From positions 58,019,777 through 58,083,776 of the forward strand of contig NC_068995.1 of assembly GCF_001194135.2 (NCBI RefSeq): DNA of 64,000 bases, given 5' to 3'. Made by a program: the position numbers and the translations under genes. Below, in pieces: positions 27,002 to 40,545 of this stretch. Below the pieces are notes generated by a model, which saw only the letters and a list, made by a program, of their open reading frames with translations, had not been told where the DNA came from and did no database searches. Position 1 is the first letter of the stretch. Each line of letters begins with the position of its first letter. The DNA comes from Octopus bimaculoides. Taxonomy: Eukaryota.

Positions 27002-27884
27002 GTCTAAAATCACACTTGTCTTAACCATGAATTTAGTCTACATTACAGAATCTGCTTCTTTAGAACTTCATACAACCAGCAACTTTTACTATAACTGTAT
27101 TTGTCAAACAAGTGACTGAGTAATTTTCACAATGAATTTGATTGTCTACAGGCATACAATAAAAGAGTACAACACTGAGACATAAAGGAATTAGCTTTCT
27201 ATGTCAAAGACAGTAAGTTGTAATACATAAACATGCTTAGATAGTTTATCAAGAGCCAGCAGAATCAGTTCATGCACAGCATTTTCAGTACTAAATCACT
27301 AAGTTTTCATTAAATTAAAAAGTATCTTGCTTTAAAATTATGCTATATCACCACTAATTACTTTTGTAATCTAAAAGTTTTTACAAGACACAAAAATGTA
27401 CTTCAATCTGCAATTTTCATTAATATAAGTTTCAACAAATCTAAACAATTTCTTGTTTATATTATTTGTTTTTTGCTAGTTTTTTCTTGAGAGGGGGGTC
27501 TTCATTATTCTCATTAGCTTAAACACTTCATTGTGTTGTTTTCTAACAGTCACAAAAATACTTCCTGTCATTTTAATAGTTAACATAAAGAAATAAGTTA
27601 AAGATTACAGGAATATTATAATGTTGCTGCAGTTTTATTCATTAAATGGAATATTTCCTCACCATCTATTTTTCATGTTAGCTAGCATGAGCACTTTGGT
27701 TTTACAGATGTTGAATATCTAATGGAAAACATTTTTCTCATTGGCTGATCTTCCTAAAACCATTTGCAAAGGATTTCACAAAAGTTATGTTGAAGATGAT
27801 AAAACAATTGTAGCCATTTTTATTCTGTATGAATAGGAACCGCTTTTGTACTTCAGCAAATCTTAACCTGCTTGGCTAACCAGT

Positions 27885-28100
27885 GTTTCTACTCTGCGCA
27901 CAAGGTCCGAAATTTTGGGGGAGGGGGCCAGTTGATTAGATCGATCCCAGTACACAACTGGCACTTAACTTATTGACCCTGAAAGAATGAAAGGCAAAGT
28001 CAACCTCGGCGGAATTTGAACTCTAAACTTAAAGACAGATGAAATACCGCTAAGCATTTTGCCCAGCTGGCTAACGTCTCAGCCAGCTGGCTGCCTTCTA
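27885..28100 (-). mobile_element. tRNA-derived SINE with Nin-like domain
   Basis: The reverse complement has ttcaaattccgccgaggttgactttgcctttcattctttcagggtcaataagttaagtgccag. Related copies lie at 51190-51350 (+) and 54660-54810 (-). Confidence 0.7.
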
Positions 28101-28577
28101 ACCAGTGTTTATTACTGGTATAATGACCTTCCCAAGAGAAAACTAACACTTATTGTTTGCATTAAGAATAGCATCCAACTGTACAAGCTTTTTTAACAGT
28201 ATACAAATGATCAAGTTTTGAAGTGTCATTTGCATTCAAGCATCTACAGAATGGATATAAAATAGGATTTTCAAAGAATTATAGCCATGCAGCAGTTGTG
28301 CATTACAATGCAGTGATTCATATCAATATTATTTATCTTGAACTTATAAATATAATATGAAGAGAAACCACCTTCAATTGATAGTCAAGGGTAATTAATA
28401 CCTTACAATAAAACACCCTTACTAATTCCTTATTATCCACATTTTCTTAAACACTCGATTTTCAATGCTAGAAAAATATTCAACTGCAGTATATTTGGAA
28501 AGACGGTTGCCTTTGTTTTGGGAGGACTTATTGACACCAGTGTGTGTGTGTGTGTATGTGTGTGTGTGTGTGTGTGG

Positions 28578-28625
<48 letters not shown>

Positions 28626-28924
28626 AGTGTGTTGTGATATTAGTTCATGTACTCATAGAGAACATGACGTACTAGAATTACTAGATAATAGTTGCCTCTA
28701 ATACTAATACTCTAAACTGTTCACTTCTCAGGCTTATTAACTTAGCCCATTCTTTTGTAGGATCTTCTATACTCTGCGTCAGCTGTATCTATAATTGAAT
28801 TACTTCGTGATTACTCTGCTTAGACCACTTCAGTGTAACAAGGATTCAGTTAATTCTACTTGACATTATCTCAGCTTTCCCCCATGATGGCCATAATGAT
28901 TACACTTCATAATGAAGACCTGGG

Positions 28925-29880
28925 ATGAGGTGATGACGCACGACCTTCGAACCTTAGGCCCCACCAAGGCAATGACCAGTGACCGGGACCTTTGGAAATA
29001 TGCAGTACGTGAGAAGACCCGGCAAGGCAAGTGAGAGCATAATCTGTGATCTCTGCCAGAAGTGTAGCCAGCTCACTAATTCGTATCTTTACTTCATTGG
29101 ACACTAAAAACCCTGCTTGTGAAGACCTGTTGAAGCAAGTGAATTCGGAATTTGAAATCGAAATCGAACCGAATCCGACGACTGGCACCCATGCCAACCT
29201 CTCCTTCATTGGACTCTAAACTCTGCTTGCAAAGACCTGTTGGGGCAAGTGAAATCGTAATTGAACCATACTCGATGACTGGCACCTGCACCAGTGGAGC
29301 ACTAACAGCACTGTCCGAGCAAATTCATTGCCAGAGCAGCTGTCTGGCTTCCGTGCTAGTGGCCCATAAATAGCACCATTTGAGTGTAATCATTACCAGC
29401 GTTGCCTTCTAGCACTTGTGCTGGTGGCACGTTAGAAAATCATTCGTGCAAGGTCGTTGCCAGTGCCGCTGGACTGGCTCCCGTGCAGGTGGCACGNNNN
29501 NNNNNNNNNNNNNNNNNNNNNNNNNNNNNNNNNNNNNNNNNNNNNNNNNNNNNNNNNNNNNNNNNNNNNNNNNNNNNNNNNNNNNNNNNNNNNNNNNNNN
29601 NNNNNNNNNNNNNNNNNNNNNNNNNNNNNNNNNNNNNNNNNNNNNNNNNNNNNNNNNNNNNNNNNNNNNNNNNNNNNNNNNNNNNNNNNNNNNNNNNNNN
29701 NAAAGCACCCACTACACTCTCGGAGTGGTTGGCGTTAGGAAGGGCATCCAGCTGTAGAAACTCTGCCAGATCAGATTGGAGCCTGGTGCAGCCTTCTGGC
29801 TTGCCAGTCCTCAGTTAAATCGTCCAACCCATGCTAGCATGGAAAGCGGACATTAAACGATGATGATGATGATGATGAAT
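28925..29880 (+). mobile_element. RTE LINE RT terminus plus long 3' UTR with internal repeats and (GAT)n tail
   Basis: gaccgggacctttggaaatatgc...; two ~100-bp internal repeats at about 29095-29290; family tail. Confidence 0.85.
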
Positions 29881-32249
29881 GATGGCCGAGTGATTACACC
29901 TCAGCACATTTCCTTCATTTTATATTTCACAAGCTTATAATGCATGAAATGCCTATACGAGACCTCACAACACTAATCACAATAAAATATAAACTTTTTT
30001 AACCAGATTTTTTTTTTTTTTTTAATAGTGACTTCATACATACTTGAACATGAAATGCAACCACCAATTAAAGGTATATGCAAATTAGCATGTAAGCATC
30101 AATATAGGCATCACCTATCTACTATGTAGTGATCCAATGGAAATTAAAATTTTAAATATTCTTTCAAAATACAAAAATTATGCAGTCAATGCCAAAAAGT
30201 CAACTCCCAGCTAGATTGAAGTTATTTTACAGAAGTTTAAATTTCAGAAAAGCCTGAAAGGCAACACTTAACATTTCTCCTCCCTCATAGATACGAGACT
30301 CAATAAAAACAAACTCTATACAACTTCCAAGAATGTTTTTTTCCAGCAATGTAGGAAATACTAAATTAACTACAGAGGTGAGAGTAGCTGAGAGACGGCC
30401 ATTGTTACACAGTCTGACAAAGGTTAGCAGGACAAAAGCTTAAATTATTTTTATTATAACTTGACATAGAAACAGAAAAAAATACTTATTTATTTTTTAT
30501 TCAGACAACCAGAAATGTCCTTTCTCCAATTATACTAATACCTATGTATATGTTATTGATAAAGCTTTAAATTTGATTGTCCAACTCTTCTTATCTTTTA
30601 CATTCACATTGCCATCTCTTGTTTTTCTATAAAATAAAAACTTGATTATACTAATTTTAGTCATCCTTTTAAATGCTTTCTTTTCTGCTCTGAAAACCAC
30701 TCCACTTTTCATACACTTATTACACTTTCAATTTTATTGAAATAAAAATAACATTTAATTAAAGTATTTGTAAAAAGAAAAGTAAATCCAATTAAGATAA
30801 CAATTAAAATAAAATAAAAAATTTTGAAATTTTTGTGAAAAAAAATCAATAATTTGCATTTAGTTTTATTGTGGATATGAGAAAAGAAAGCTATTTAAAG
30901 GCACATTGCAATTAGCAATGAAAAATATATAAAATATTTTTTATAAAAATTACCCCTGTAGAGGTGGTATTCTACAAATATTGTTTTTCAAAGACTGTAT
31001 ATAAATGTCTTTTGTTTCCAATTGGATATTGAAAGTTATAGTTATTATACATTTAAGAGAATTTAAGCTTCGTTATTTTTGGAAAGTATTTCTGGTTTTC
31101 TTCAATGAAATTTAATCTGAATTCTACGTATTGATATTATCTCTTCAATATTAACATTAAAAAAATGTAAGTGATAATCTAAATAGCTTATTAACAAGAA
31201 GTTTTCTCTTTTATTTTTTCTCCGCTTCCAAAATGTTCTAAACTCCTTTTCAGACAATCCTTTCTTATGTACTCCTACTCACAACTGGAGAGATTACTGA
31301 TTGAAACATTGAGTACTTAACTGCAATAAAACATTAAATGTGGATTGCACCTAACTATTCAACTGACTACCTCTTTCATAGGCCTGCTCAGCCAGAGCTC
31401 ACCTGGCACTAAAACACCAATAACATAAAGTAAGGTTATGTTTAAGCAGTGATGTGGGTACACTGGTATAATTGCATAATCCAATATCCTGAATAATCCT
31501 TTACAGAGCTAGTATTAAATCTAGTTTCTATAAAGTTAGACAAACGATAGACAGAACTACCTCTTCTAATTAAGAGACTGGTACATCGAGGCTTGCTTTC
31601 TTATCTAATTCCAAAGCTCAGTAAACAAAGAATGTGTGTTACCTAGAAGCTAGTATTTATTGTATCAACACAGCAGCAGATGTATACAAAGTAAAACCCA
31701 ACGCCAAGTAGGATTGAAATTTCAATTTTGAGGGTATTGAACCAAAAGCAGACATCTGCCCATTACCCAATTAATATATAAAAACAAGACAATGGAGAAA
31801 ACACAATTCAAGTTAAACATAATATCATAGTAAATTGATCCACAGAAGACAATTTCCTTTCTTTTACATGCCTAAATGGTTGAGATAATTTATTGTGAAA
31901 ATAAGCAAAATTTTGAAATTAAACTCATTTTCTATTTCCATGTTTTGCACTATGTAGGTCTCAATAAGTCCATTCTCGGACCATACTTTTGTGCCTGTTC
32001 CTACAGACACTTGCATGCATACACATAGCACTACTGCAGTATCTAGTCACTACTACCATCAGCCCCACTCACATTCTCCTACCCTCCTCACACATCTCTC
32101 TTTCCCAATCCCCTTTCCCAGCCCACCTACACTCCATCTGTCCCACCCACTTCCCTTTCTACTACCTCTCCCTCCTGACTTAACTCTTTCCACAAGTATC
32201 CTCCTTTGTAGAGGCCTTCATTTCACACTAACTAACACCTACCAGCAAT

Positions 32250-33140
32250 TATATCTACACCTGAACGAAGATCGAACAGTCTCTGCACTGCATCAAACTA
32301 TGCACCATCATGGACCAAGACCACCACCTGTAGCACAAGACACTGGGTCAGAGCCAGTTCTACACCCTGGATTTATTTACTGACGCCTATCACCATGTAT
32401 GCATCACTTCAACTTTCAAAAGTATTCTTCCATACCAAACTCCTCACTCTCTGCTCCTTTTGAGGTTGGGATGATCTTGTGATCAAATTGGTAAACAAGG
32501 GTTGAGTTGTGGTCATGCGATGTGCTGACCACTCCAAGAACCAACACTATGCAATAGTTCTGGAACCTCCTCTTTGTCATTTGCCTCTCAACACCTACCA
32601 CTACTACCAACACTGTATTTCATCCACTATCCAATGACTCATCTCCTCCTCCTCCTTCCTCCCTCCACTGCCTCCAACCCCATACACTTCTTCCCCAAGA
32701 TCCATCAACCCAAAACCCTGTAATTGCCCAACTGAACTCATCTCTCCCTACCTCAACACCTGGTGGCTGCTCTCTGCTCCCACATCCATGACACCAACCA
32801 TGCCCTCCACCTCTTCCCTCAGCCCCTCACACTTCATTTTCACCATGGACATCCATATCCTACATATCCCCACACACTTGCTCAGCCCTCACACCATTCT
32901 TTATCTTAGTAGCTCAACTCTCTTTGTTTAGCCAAGCTTGTGCTCACCCTTAATTGCTTTTTTTTTTTTTTCTTCATAGGTTAAGACATAGGAACAGTTC
33001 ACTGGAGTGGACATAGGAACAACAATCGGACTGAACTGCACCAGCCTAACTATTGGCCACATCAAGTCCAAATCTCCCAGTTTATCTCACCTACTCCTGG
33101 AGCTAAACACTTTCATCTCCTTCAGCAGTTCTTAATCACT
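32250..33140 (+). mobile_element. Degraded Penelope-like element (RT thumb to GIY-YIG region)
   Basis: Fragments resemble K.SIPYSQ.LRL..ICSD (aaaagtattcttccatacc...), FIG and PVAKHF (cctggagctaaacacttt). Confidence 0.5.
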
Positions 33141-35599
33141 GCCTCTCTCCAGTTTATGGCCTCCATCTCTGTTACCCCCATTTCCCTTACCTCAATACCT
33201 TACCCTCACCAATTCTGTCTTCTACAAACACACAAACTCTCATTTTGTTCTTATCCTCACACCCACCTACACCAAGCTCTCCATCCTCTATTCTCAGTCC
33301 CTGCAGTAGGAACCACAACAGGACCCATTTCTTCATTTGACATGGTTACACACCTACCCCTTATCTGATCCACCATCTCTAATACCTATGACATTGATTG
33401 CACTTCAGTGAATAATGAAGTTTTATTATCAACTATGTCTCATCTACAAGTGATATGAAATCAATTAAAATTATAAAACAATACTTACTAATAAATAAAA
33501 TGAATTGCTATATTGTTTATTCCTCTGGTAAGTACACCACATATGAAATATATTCTGGAAAAAAATAAAACATAGATAAATTAAAATGAAAGAACATTAT
33601 AAAATACATTTAAAAACGCTTTCATTAACCAAAAGACTCATAAAATAGTTATATTGAGGGAAAATAATAAGGCATTAAACTATTTTGAAAAGAACAGAGG
33701 GCAATACTTGTTTATCGGAGCAAATCTGAAGTGTTTTTCAAGTGTAAGAAGATCTAAAAGAAATTCCACTGACATCATTTTCATAAAATGTTCACATTTC
33801 CATTCATTATCAATTCATATTCAATCCTACTGCAGGTGTGCATTATTTTGTACTTATTTCTACATTAGCTTTCCATTATCTCAGTAATTCTACTTTATGT
33901 CAGTTAAACTAGCTGGTGGGGAATCGGTACCAAATCTTCTGAGAATGTAACCTGTGAGAGATCACTGTCCTATTCAACTGGAGATTCAAGAAGGGATTTG
34001 GAAACCTTAAAACTTTACCTCAGGACTTTGGAATTGTTTAGTTCTACATTTATCTTATATTATTGAACATGCATTAGGAAAGTAGTAATTCAGCACCTAC
34101 ATGTGAAAGACATTCATTTTGGAAACTGAATATAACAAATATTGAATATAAAAAATAGAAATGGTAATTTTGGAATACATATCTTGAATTGTATACATTC
34201 CAAAATTATTGCTTTTATTTTTATATCAAAACTGTTTTTACATGGTGTGTAAAAAAAAATTTCAAGTTACAATTTCACTAAACTAATTGTAAGTGATAAT
34301 ACATGATAAAATGTTTATATTTTAACACATCCTAATTTGTAAGATATGCAACATGTAATATTAAATGTATATCAGCTGAGATCAATTCTGAAATCAATTG
34401 AGCTAAATGATAATTGATAAGTAGGTGAATAACCTCAGACCAAAATATTGATCGACTCACCTCAGTCAAAGTCCAAACCATTGTTATCCTACTAAAAAAG
34501 AGTAAACTAATTCCACATAAAATTGGATAAACCTATTAGACAGCACAAAATGCAGGTGGTTAATCCTTGGTTGTATTTAATAATCAATAGAATGATTTGC
34601 CAGTAATACAGTTCTACCTGAATGGCTGATATCAATGCTAAGACAAAATTAGACTATGCTTGGGATTTATGGACCTCTGAAAGATAAGATTAAGAATAAA
34701 GACTTTGATGTAATGCATTTGTATGTGATAAAATCCAAAATCTTATACATAGATTAATAATCTGTAAAGCAAAAGAAATTGTAGGATAATTCATGACAGA
34801 AATGACATTTAAAAAAGGTAAACAAAGGGAAAGGTTAATATTTTAAAAATGGAAAGTCTTTCATTTTAAATAATTCTGAGATAAATGAAGTATAATAATA
34901 CACAACAGCAAAATAAAAGAGATGCTATTTTCAGGTGCCACTTTTGCAATCTGAAGATGTAATATGGAAATGTAAATGAGAAAAATTGTGGCATTCTTCC
35001 ATTTTCCAATGGCATTAGGCAATGTAGATGAAATACAATACATTGTCAGGTTTAGGAATTGGTCAAACAGCATCTTATTGTAGATGTACTCCAAAGAATT
35101 CCTCTTGGATATAAAATAATACTATTAAGCTAAAAACAGGATTAACAAAATTCATATATTGTCATTCTCACAAATAATTAAAATTTCAAGGCCAACTCTA
35201 AACTTATTTTTCTCTAATTTTATATTGCAATATTTTTTGTCTTTGGATATCAGGAGAATAAATAACTGGCTAGTTTAGATGACAACAAGACATTCCATGA
35301 AAATAGTGGCTTCAGTTCAACAAATATTGATTCTTTCTTTCTTTTACGAAATTAAAACCAGCTTTGTTTCTCAAATCAATTCAATAAAAGTTGATAATTA
35401 GTTGAGATTTAAAGATTCTAAAATAGTTTTTCTCACTCTCATTCGTATTTAACAACTATGCTGGTCCTATGGTGGACATTTGTCCTCAGCCATTTGAGTT
35501 TCTGCTCTAAACTGTGGTCACCTTACAGTGTAGGATTAATATCAGAACTTGAGGCAGTTCAGTGATACTACATAAGGAAGATTGCATCAATGGAACAAC

Positions 35600-36070
35600 T
35601 GAGCTACTTGGAGTGACTGAAAGAACAACAACTCTACACCCTGGACGGGAGAGGTATGCAGTGATATATGTGTGGAAGATTCTGGAGGGGCTGGCACCAA
35701 GCTTTGGAATTGAGAGTTATATGAGACGTCAGTGCACTATTGCAAAAGTCCTAGCTATCTCATCTAAAGTGAGGACCATGTAGTGCAATAGCTTGGGATT
35801 CAAGGGCCCACAGCTATTTAACACCAAGCCAAAACATCAGAGGGATGTGGAGTGGAGATAGATGTTTTCAAGAAACAACTTGCCTTCTTGCTATCTAAGA
35901 TCCGAGATGAACCAGTATCAAGGCAGGAAGCTCAAATGAGGGCAGCAGTATCGAACTCCAATCATTGCCAAAAGCCAATCCCATAGAATTGACCAATTAA
36001 AAGGTGATTATACTGACGGTGCCTCAGCATGGCCACAGCCTCAGGACCAAAACTTAAAAGAATATATATA
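35600..36070 (+). mobile_element. CR1-like LINE 3' end with (AT)n tail
   Basis: RERYAVIYVWKILEGLAPSFGIESY...SKVRT...NSLGFKGPQLFN. Same family as 59640-60985. Confidence 0.8.
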
Positions 36071-36132
36071 TATGAAATATATTCTACACTTTTACTGATT
36101 TTATTTATAAGTGTACTGGCTGAGAATCAAAT

Positions 36133-36174
36133 CAATGCTGATGAAGGCTGGAGAGTATGTCATCCGAAACATTG
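36133..36174 (+). ncRNA. Partial hammerhead-like core (CUGAUGA-stem II-GAAAC)
   Basis: CTGATGA at 36138-36144, ggctg/catcc stem (4/5), GAAAC at 36166-36170. Stems I and III cannot be built convincingly. Confidence 0.3.
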
Positions 36175-36571
36175 TGTTAACAACAAACAAGATGAGGACA
36201 AATATCCGTCAATTGTAAATAATGTCACATAATTCCTCAATTCTTAAATATAGAACTGTACAATGCTGCACATTTTGACAGAGAGAGAGTTCATGGTATG
36301 GTTAGATGCATGAAACCTTTGATAAAGAGCTAACCAGACATGCACACACATATCACTTACATTTTTTCCATACTGGCATGAGAAAACGAAATTTGTTGAG
36401 CTAGTTTTCTTCAGCCAGATGCTGTTCCTGTCACCAATCCTTTTTTTTTTCCAAGTAGATTATATTTCCTTGTCTTTTACAAGATAACCCAAGGTGTGAC
36501 AGGAACAAACCCAAAACCACAGTTTTAAAATTAACTTCTTAACTACACAGCCATATCTGCACATTTCTCCA

Positions 36572-36611
<40 letters not shown>

Positions 36612-36629
36612 CCCCCCCTCACACACACA

Positions 36630-37850
36630 AAACCAATCAGCATCAGCATCATCATCATCATCAAGCATCCATTTTCTATGCTTGAATGGATTAGGGTTAG
36701 ACTGAAACTGGTAAGCCAGAGAACTGTACCAGACTGCAGTCTGGTTTGGCTTGGCTTCCAAGGCTGGATGCTGTTCCTAACACCAACCACTCTAAGAGTG
36801 TAGTGGGTGCCTTTTACATGTCACCAGCACTGGCCACAGTTGGTTTGACATGCCTTCTCAAGTACAGCAAATCACCAAATGTCTCAATCACTTGTAATCA
36901 CCTCCATGAGACTCAACATCCACAGATCATGCTTCACCACCTCATCCTATGTCTTCCTGGATCTACCTCTTCCACAGGTTCCTTTCACAATTAGAGATCA
37001 GAGCTTCTTTACACACTTGTCATCATCCATACTCATAGCATGAACATACCAGCACAGTCTTCTCTCTTGCACACCACATCTGATGCCCAGTTTTTCTCTC
37101 AAGATACTTACGCTCTGTTGCTCATGCACATCTAGCAAAGCATACTGGCTTCATTTCTTTTAAGCCTTAACACATCCTCTGCAGGCACAGCCCATGTTTC
37201 ACTGCCATGTAGCATGGCTGTTCGTACACAGGCATCATACAATCTGTCTTTCATTCTGTGGGAGAGGCACCTCATTACTAACAGAGGTAGTAGCTCTCTG
37301 GACTTTACCCAGCCTATTCTTATTCTAGCAATTATGCTTTCAGATCATCCACCTCCACTGCTGACTTGCTTACAGTGGGCACACCTGATGAAGTTTCTAC
37401 CTATGCCTTTTCTACATATCGAGCAGGGCCATCTCCCTGAAGGAATTTGTGATTTATCCATTTTTCTACATACGTAAACTTTGGTCTTTGTTAGCATTAG
37501 CTCTAAGGCCCTTTGATTCCAGAACTTGCTTCCACACCTGAAATTTCTTTTCTAGTTCTGGTAATGATTCAGCTATAAGAACAAAGTCATCAGCATAGAG
37601 GAGCTGTCAATGGAAGTCCATCTTAAATTCCTCTGTTATAGCCTGGAGGACTATGATGAACAAGAGGGGGATGAGGACTGATCCTTGGTGAACTCCTACT
37701 TGTACAATGGATTCACTGCTATACTCAGCAACCTTCACCTTACTGACAGTATCTCTGTACATGGCTTGTACCACTCACCTACTATTCATCTATCCCTAGT
37801 TTCCGCATTGAACACCAGATAAGGGATCGGGGAATCCTGGTACAATAGGA
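36630..37850 (-). mobile_element. RTE LINE 3' portion (RT motifs, partly deleted PHD finger, UTR, tail)
   Basis: QVGVHQGSVLIPLLFIIVLQAITEEF...LLYADDFVLIAESL...ESKGL...SGRWPCSICRKG...LYDACVRTAMLHGSETWA...GRGRSRKT.DEVVKHDL. Confidence 0.88.
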
Positions 37851-39309
37851 ACCATGGGGAAATATGACAAGAAAAAAGTGAGCTATTATGAAAAGAAGAT
37901 GCTGATCCCTGTCATAGAATATGAAACTGAAAAGTTAAATATGAACTGAGTGTAAAGTGAGAAAACCCTGAGGCATGAGTCATGTTAAGCAGTCTTTGGC
38001 TATAGAAATATTCCAGTATGATACACAGTGGTAATATGGCAACTTTACGATTCCAATATCAAATTATCAATAATCTTGAACCTTGTCTCTTCTTCACTGA
38101 ATCCTGCTATTAATAAATGATAGTCCGGTATGTAGACATTACACTGCAACTTAATTAAAGCTGAATTCATGTCTAGGTCAATAGACATCTCTTTATCATT
38201 ACAATTTCTCTCGTTGTATATCTATTTTTATCTCTACTGCAACAAAAATAATTGCACAGGTTTAACTTTACGCATTAAAATTAAAGAAAAATTATATTTT
38301 CCACTTAATACAAAAAAAAAAAAAAATTGATTTCTCCTGACTAGAGAGACAACAACAATTTTCACTGCTTATAAAATTGATCCCACTGCATTGTTGATAC
38401 TAGTGTCTCACCAACCACAAATAAGATGAAAGGTAGCATCTGAACTCTAAATGTAGACAGGACACAATATTGCTAAGACATCTAATTTGGTTCACCACTC
38501 TTTCTGCTCACTTAACATTCAATTACTTAATGAAAATGTAGATAATATTAAGAATTATACATTGAAAATGTTCCTAGCAAAAATATTGAATTCATAAACG
38601 GATTTCCCACTGCCACCGCAAGATATATTTTGTTTATTCTCTATAAATAAATAGAAAACAAATTTTAAAGGATCAAATTTTGAATATGACATTGCAAACA
38701 ATTCCCTATTATAAACAAGAAGTTTATAAGCTCCATTGGCAACTATTCATACGAAATACAAGAACTACAAAAATAATACAAGAAAATGTTCTCTTGCCTT
38801 TGTCTTAAATGTTTACATATAATCATTGATTCTTTTTTAGTTGCTTTTTAACTCAAGCTGGCTAGCCATCTATCAATCTCTCTCTCACTATGCTTGTTGC
38901 TACCTATTTACACCAACTGGCAAGGTTATGGTTTCATTAAAAATGTGATTGGATAACAAAACAGAATCAAATAAGCACTAAGTTAAAATTGTATCTGTTG
39001 GATAAAAATGTCTGCAGCTAAATTACAGATGATTGATTTTTTTTTTTTTTTTTCAAAAAAAAAGTTCACAGCCCAATACATTTTTCAAAAGATTACACCC
39101 AAACCTTCATTCTTTATATTCTAAATCAATATCTTACACAATTACAACTTTTTGTAGAACCAATACTTTTATGCACTTAATTTTATCATGTTAGTGAAGG
39201 TCATAGGTTTCATTATTTGCAGCATTTATCATCATGTGCACATATACACTCACATTCTAACAAGAATAATACAAGTGTTCATGAGTGAATATACATTCAT
39301 GTGTATATA

Positions 39310-39610
39310 TTTTTAATTGGTTTCAAACACTGCACTATGGCCATGCTGGAGCACTATTACTCATTTCAATGCAGTATGTATCTTATTGGTATTTGTCTGC
39401 TCACTACATTATACTTTTTGAAACAACACAGACTTTTACAACTTCCTTGTGTTGTGCCAAACATATAAATACAAACACACATGCATGCGATGGTCTCTTC
39501 CACAGCTTCAATCAAACTAAATTCCCCTCACAAGGTACTGGCCAACTCAAGGCTATAGTAGAAGACAGTTACTGAAATACCCCACAGTGGGATCAGACTC
39601 TCTACCATGT
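39310..39610 (-). mobile_element. tRNA-derived SINE
   Basis: Tail ggccatgctggagcac and core caaggctatagtagaagac. Confidence 0.65.
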
Positions 39611-40545
39611 TGTTTTATATCTGCTTTCAATTGGCTGGTGTTCATATACGTCATGTAGCTGGATACCTTTTGTCTTACCAACCATTTTACAAGTGTATTG
39701 GGAATACACAAGCATGCATTACAGTAATAATATGCCAGTTCTATCATAAAACTTAGACAATCGACTAAGTCTGATAAAATAACAACACCCTTTAAGAGGT
39801 GCCTCAGCTTGGCTGCAGTCCAATAAATGAAACCAGTAAAATATAAGAGGATACACATATTCATTTATTCAAAAATAGTAGCTAAAGATCACAGATGAGT
39901 ACCTCATCTCACATATACTAACATTTATCAGACTGTCCATACCTTAAGAAAAACTTATATGTGTATGTATGATAGAAACCATAGTGAACTATAAGGGACT
40001 GGACAGTATGTGTGTGTATCAGTATATCTGTCTATTATAACAGATATAAAAAAAACACATGTCAAAGACTAAAAATAAATTGAAGATCTCTAAATACCTC
40101 ACCTAAACTCCAATAATGGTCAATATTTTCCTATTATTGCAATATTTTTCATTGTATTGCATAATGATAATAATTTTCTAATCCCTAAAGCAGAAAAGTT
40201 GATTAATATAAGATATAACAACATAGAAGAACAATAAATAATTAATGAGAATGTGCGAAATAAGCTTCCCAGCAAGCAGAGTTTGAAATTTGATTTCAAT
40301 TTAGAACTGGAAATATCTATCTTCATTCATTTTGCAACCATTAAGATTATTGAAACATTTAATTTGTCTCTTGTACACATAGAAATTTCATGCTTTTTAG
40401 TTTTCTAATTCTTTCATTAATAAACCAGCATTTGAATTATGCTGACAAATTGGGAACACTGAAACACGGTACCCTCTCCCCAGAGTCTTAACCATATAAA
40501 CTAAACAAATAAGAGAGTATTGCAGTTCGCTTGAAGCATTGTGTA

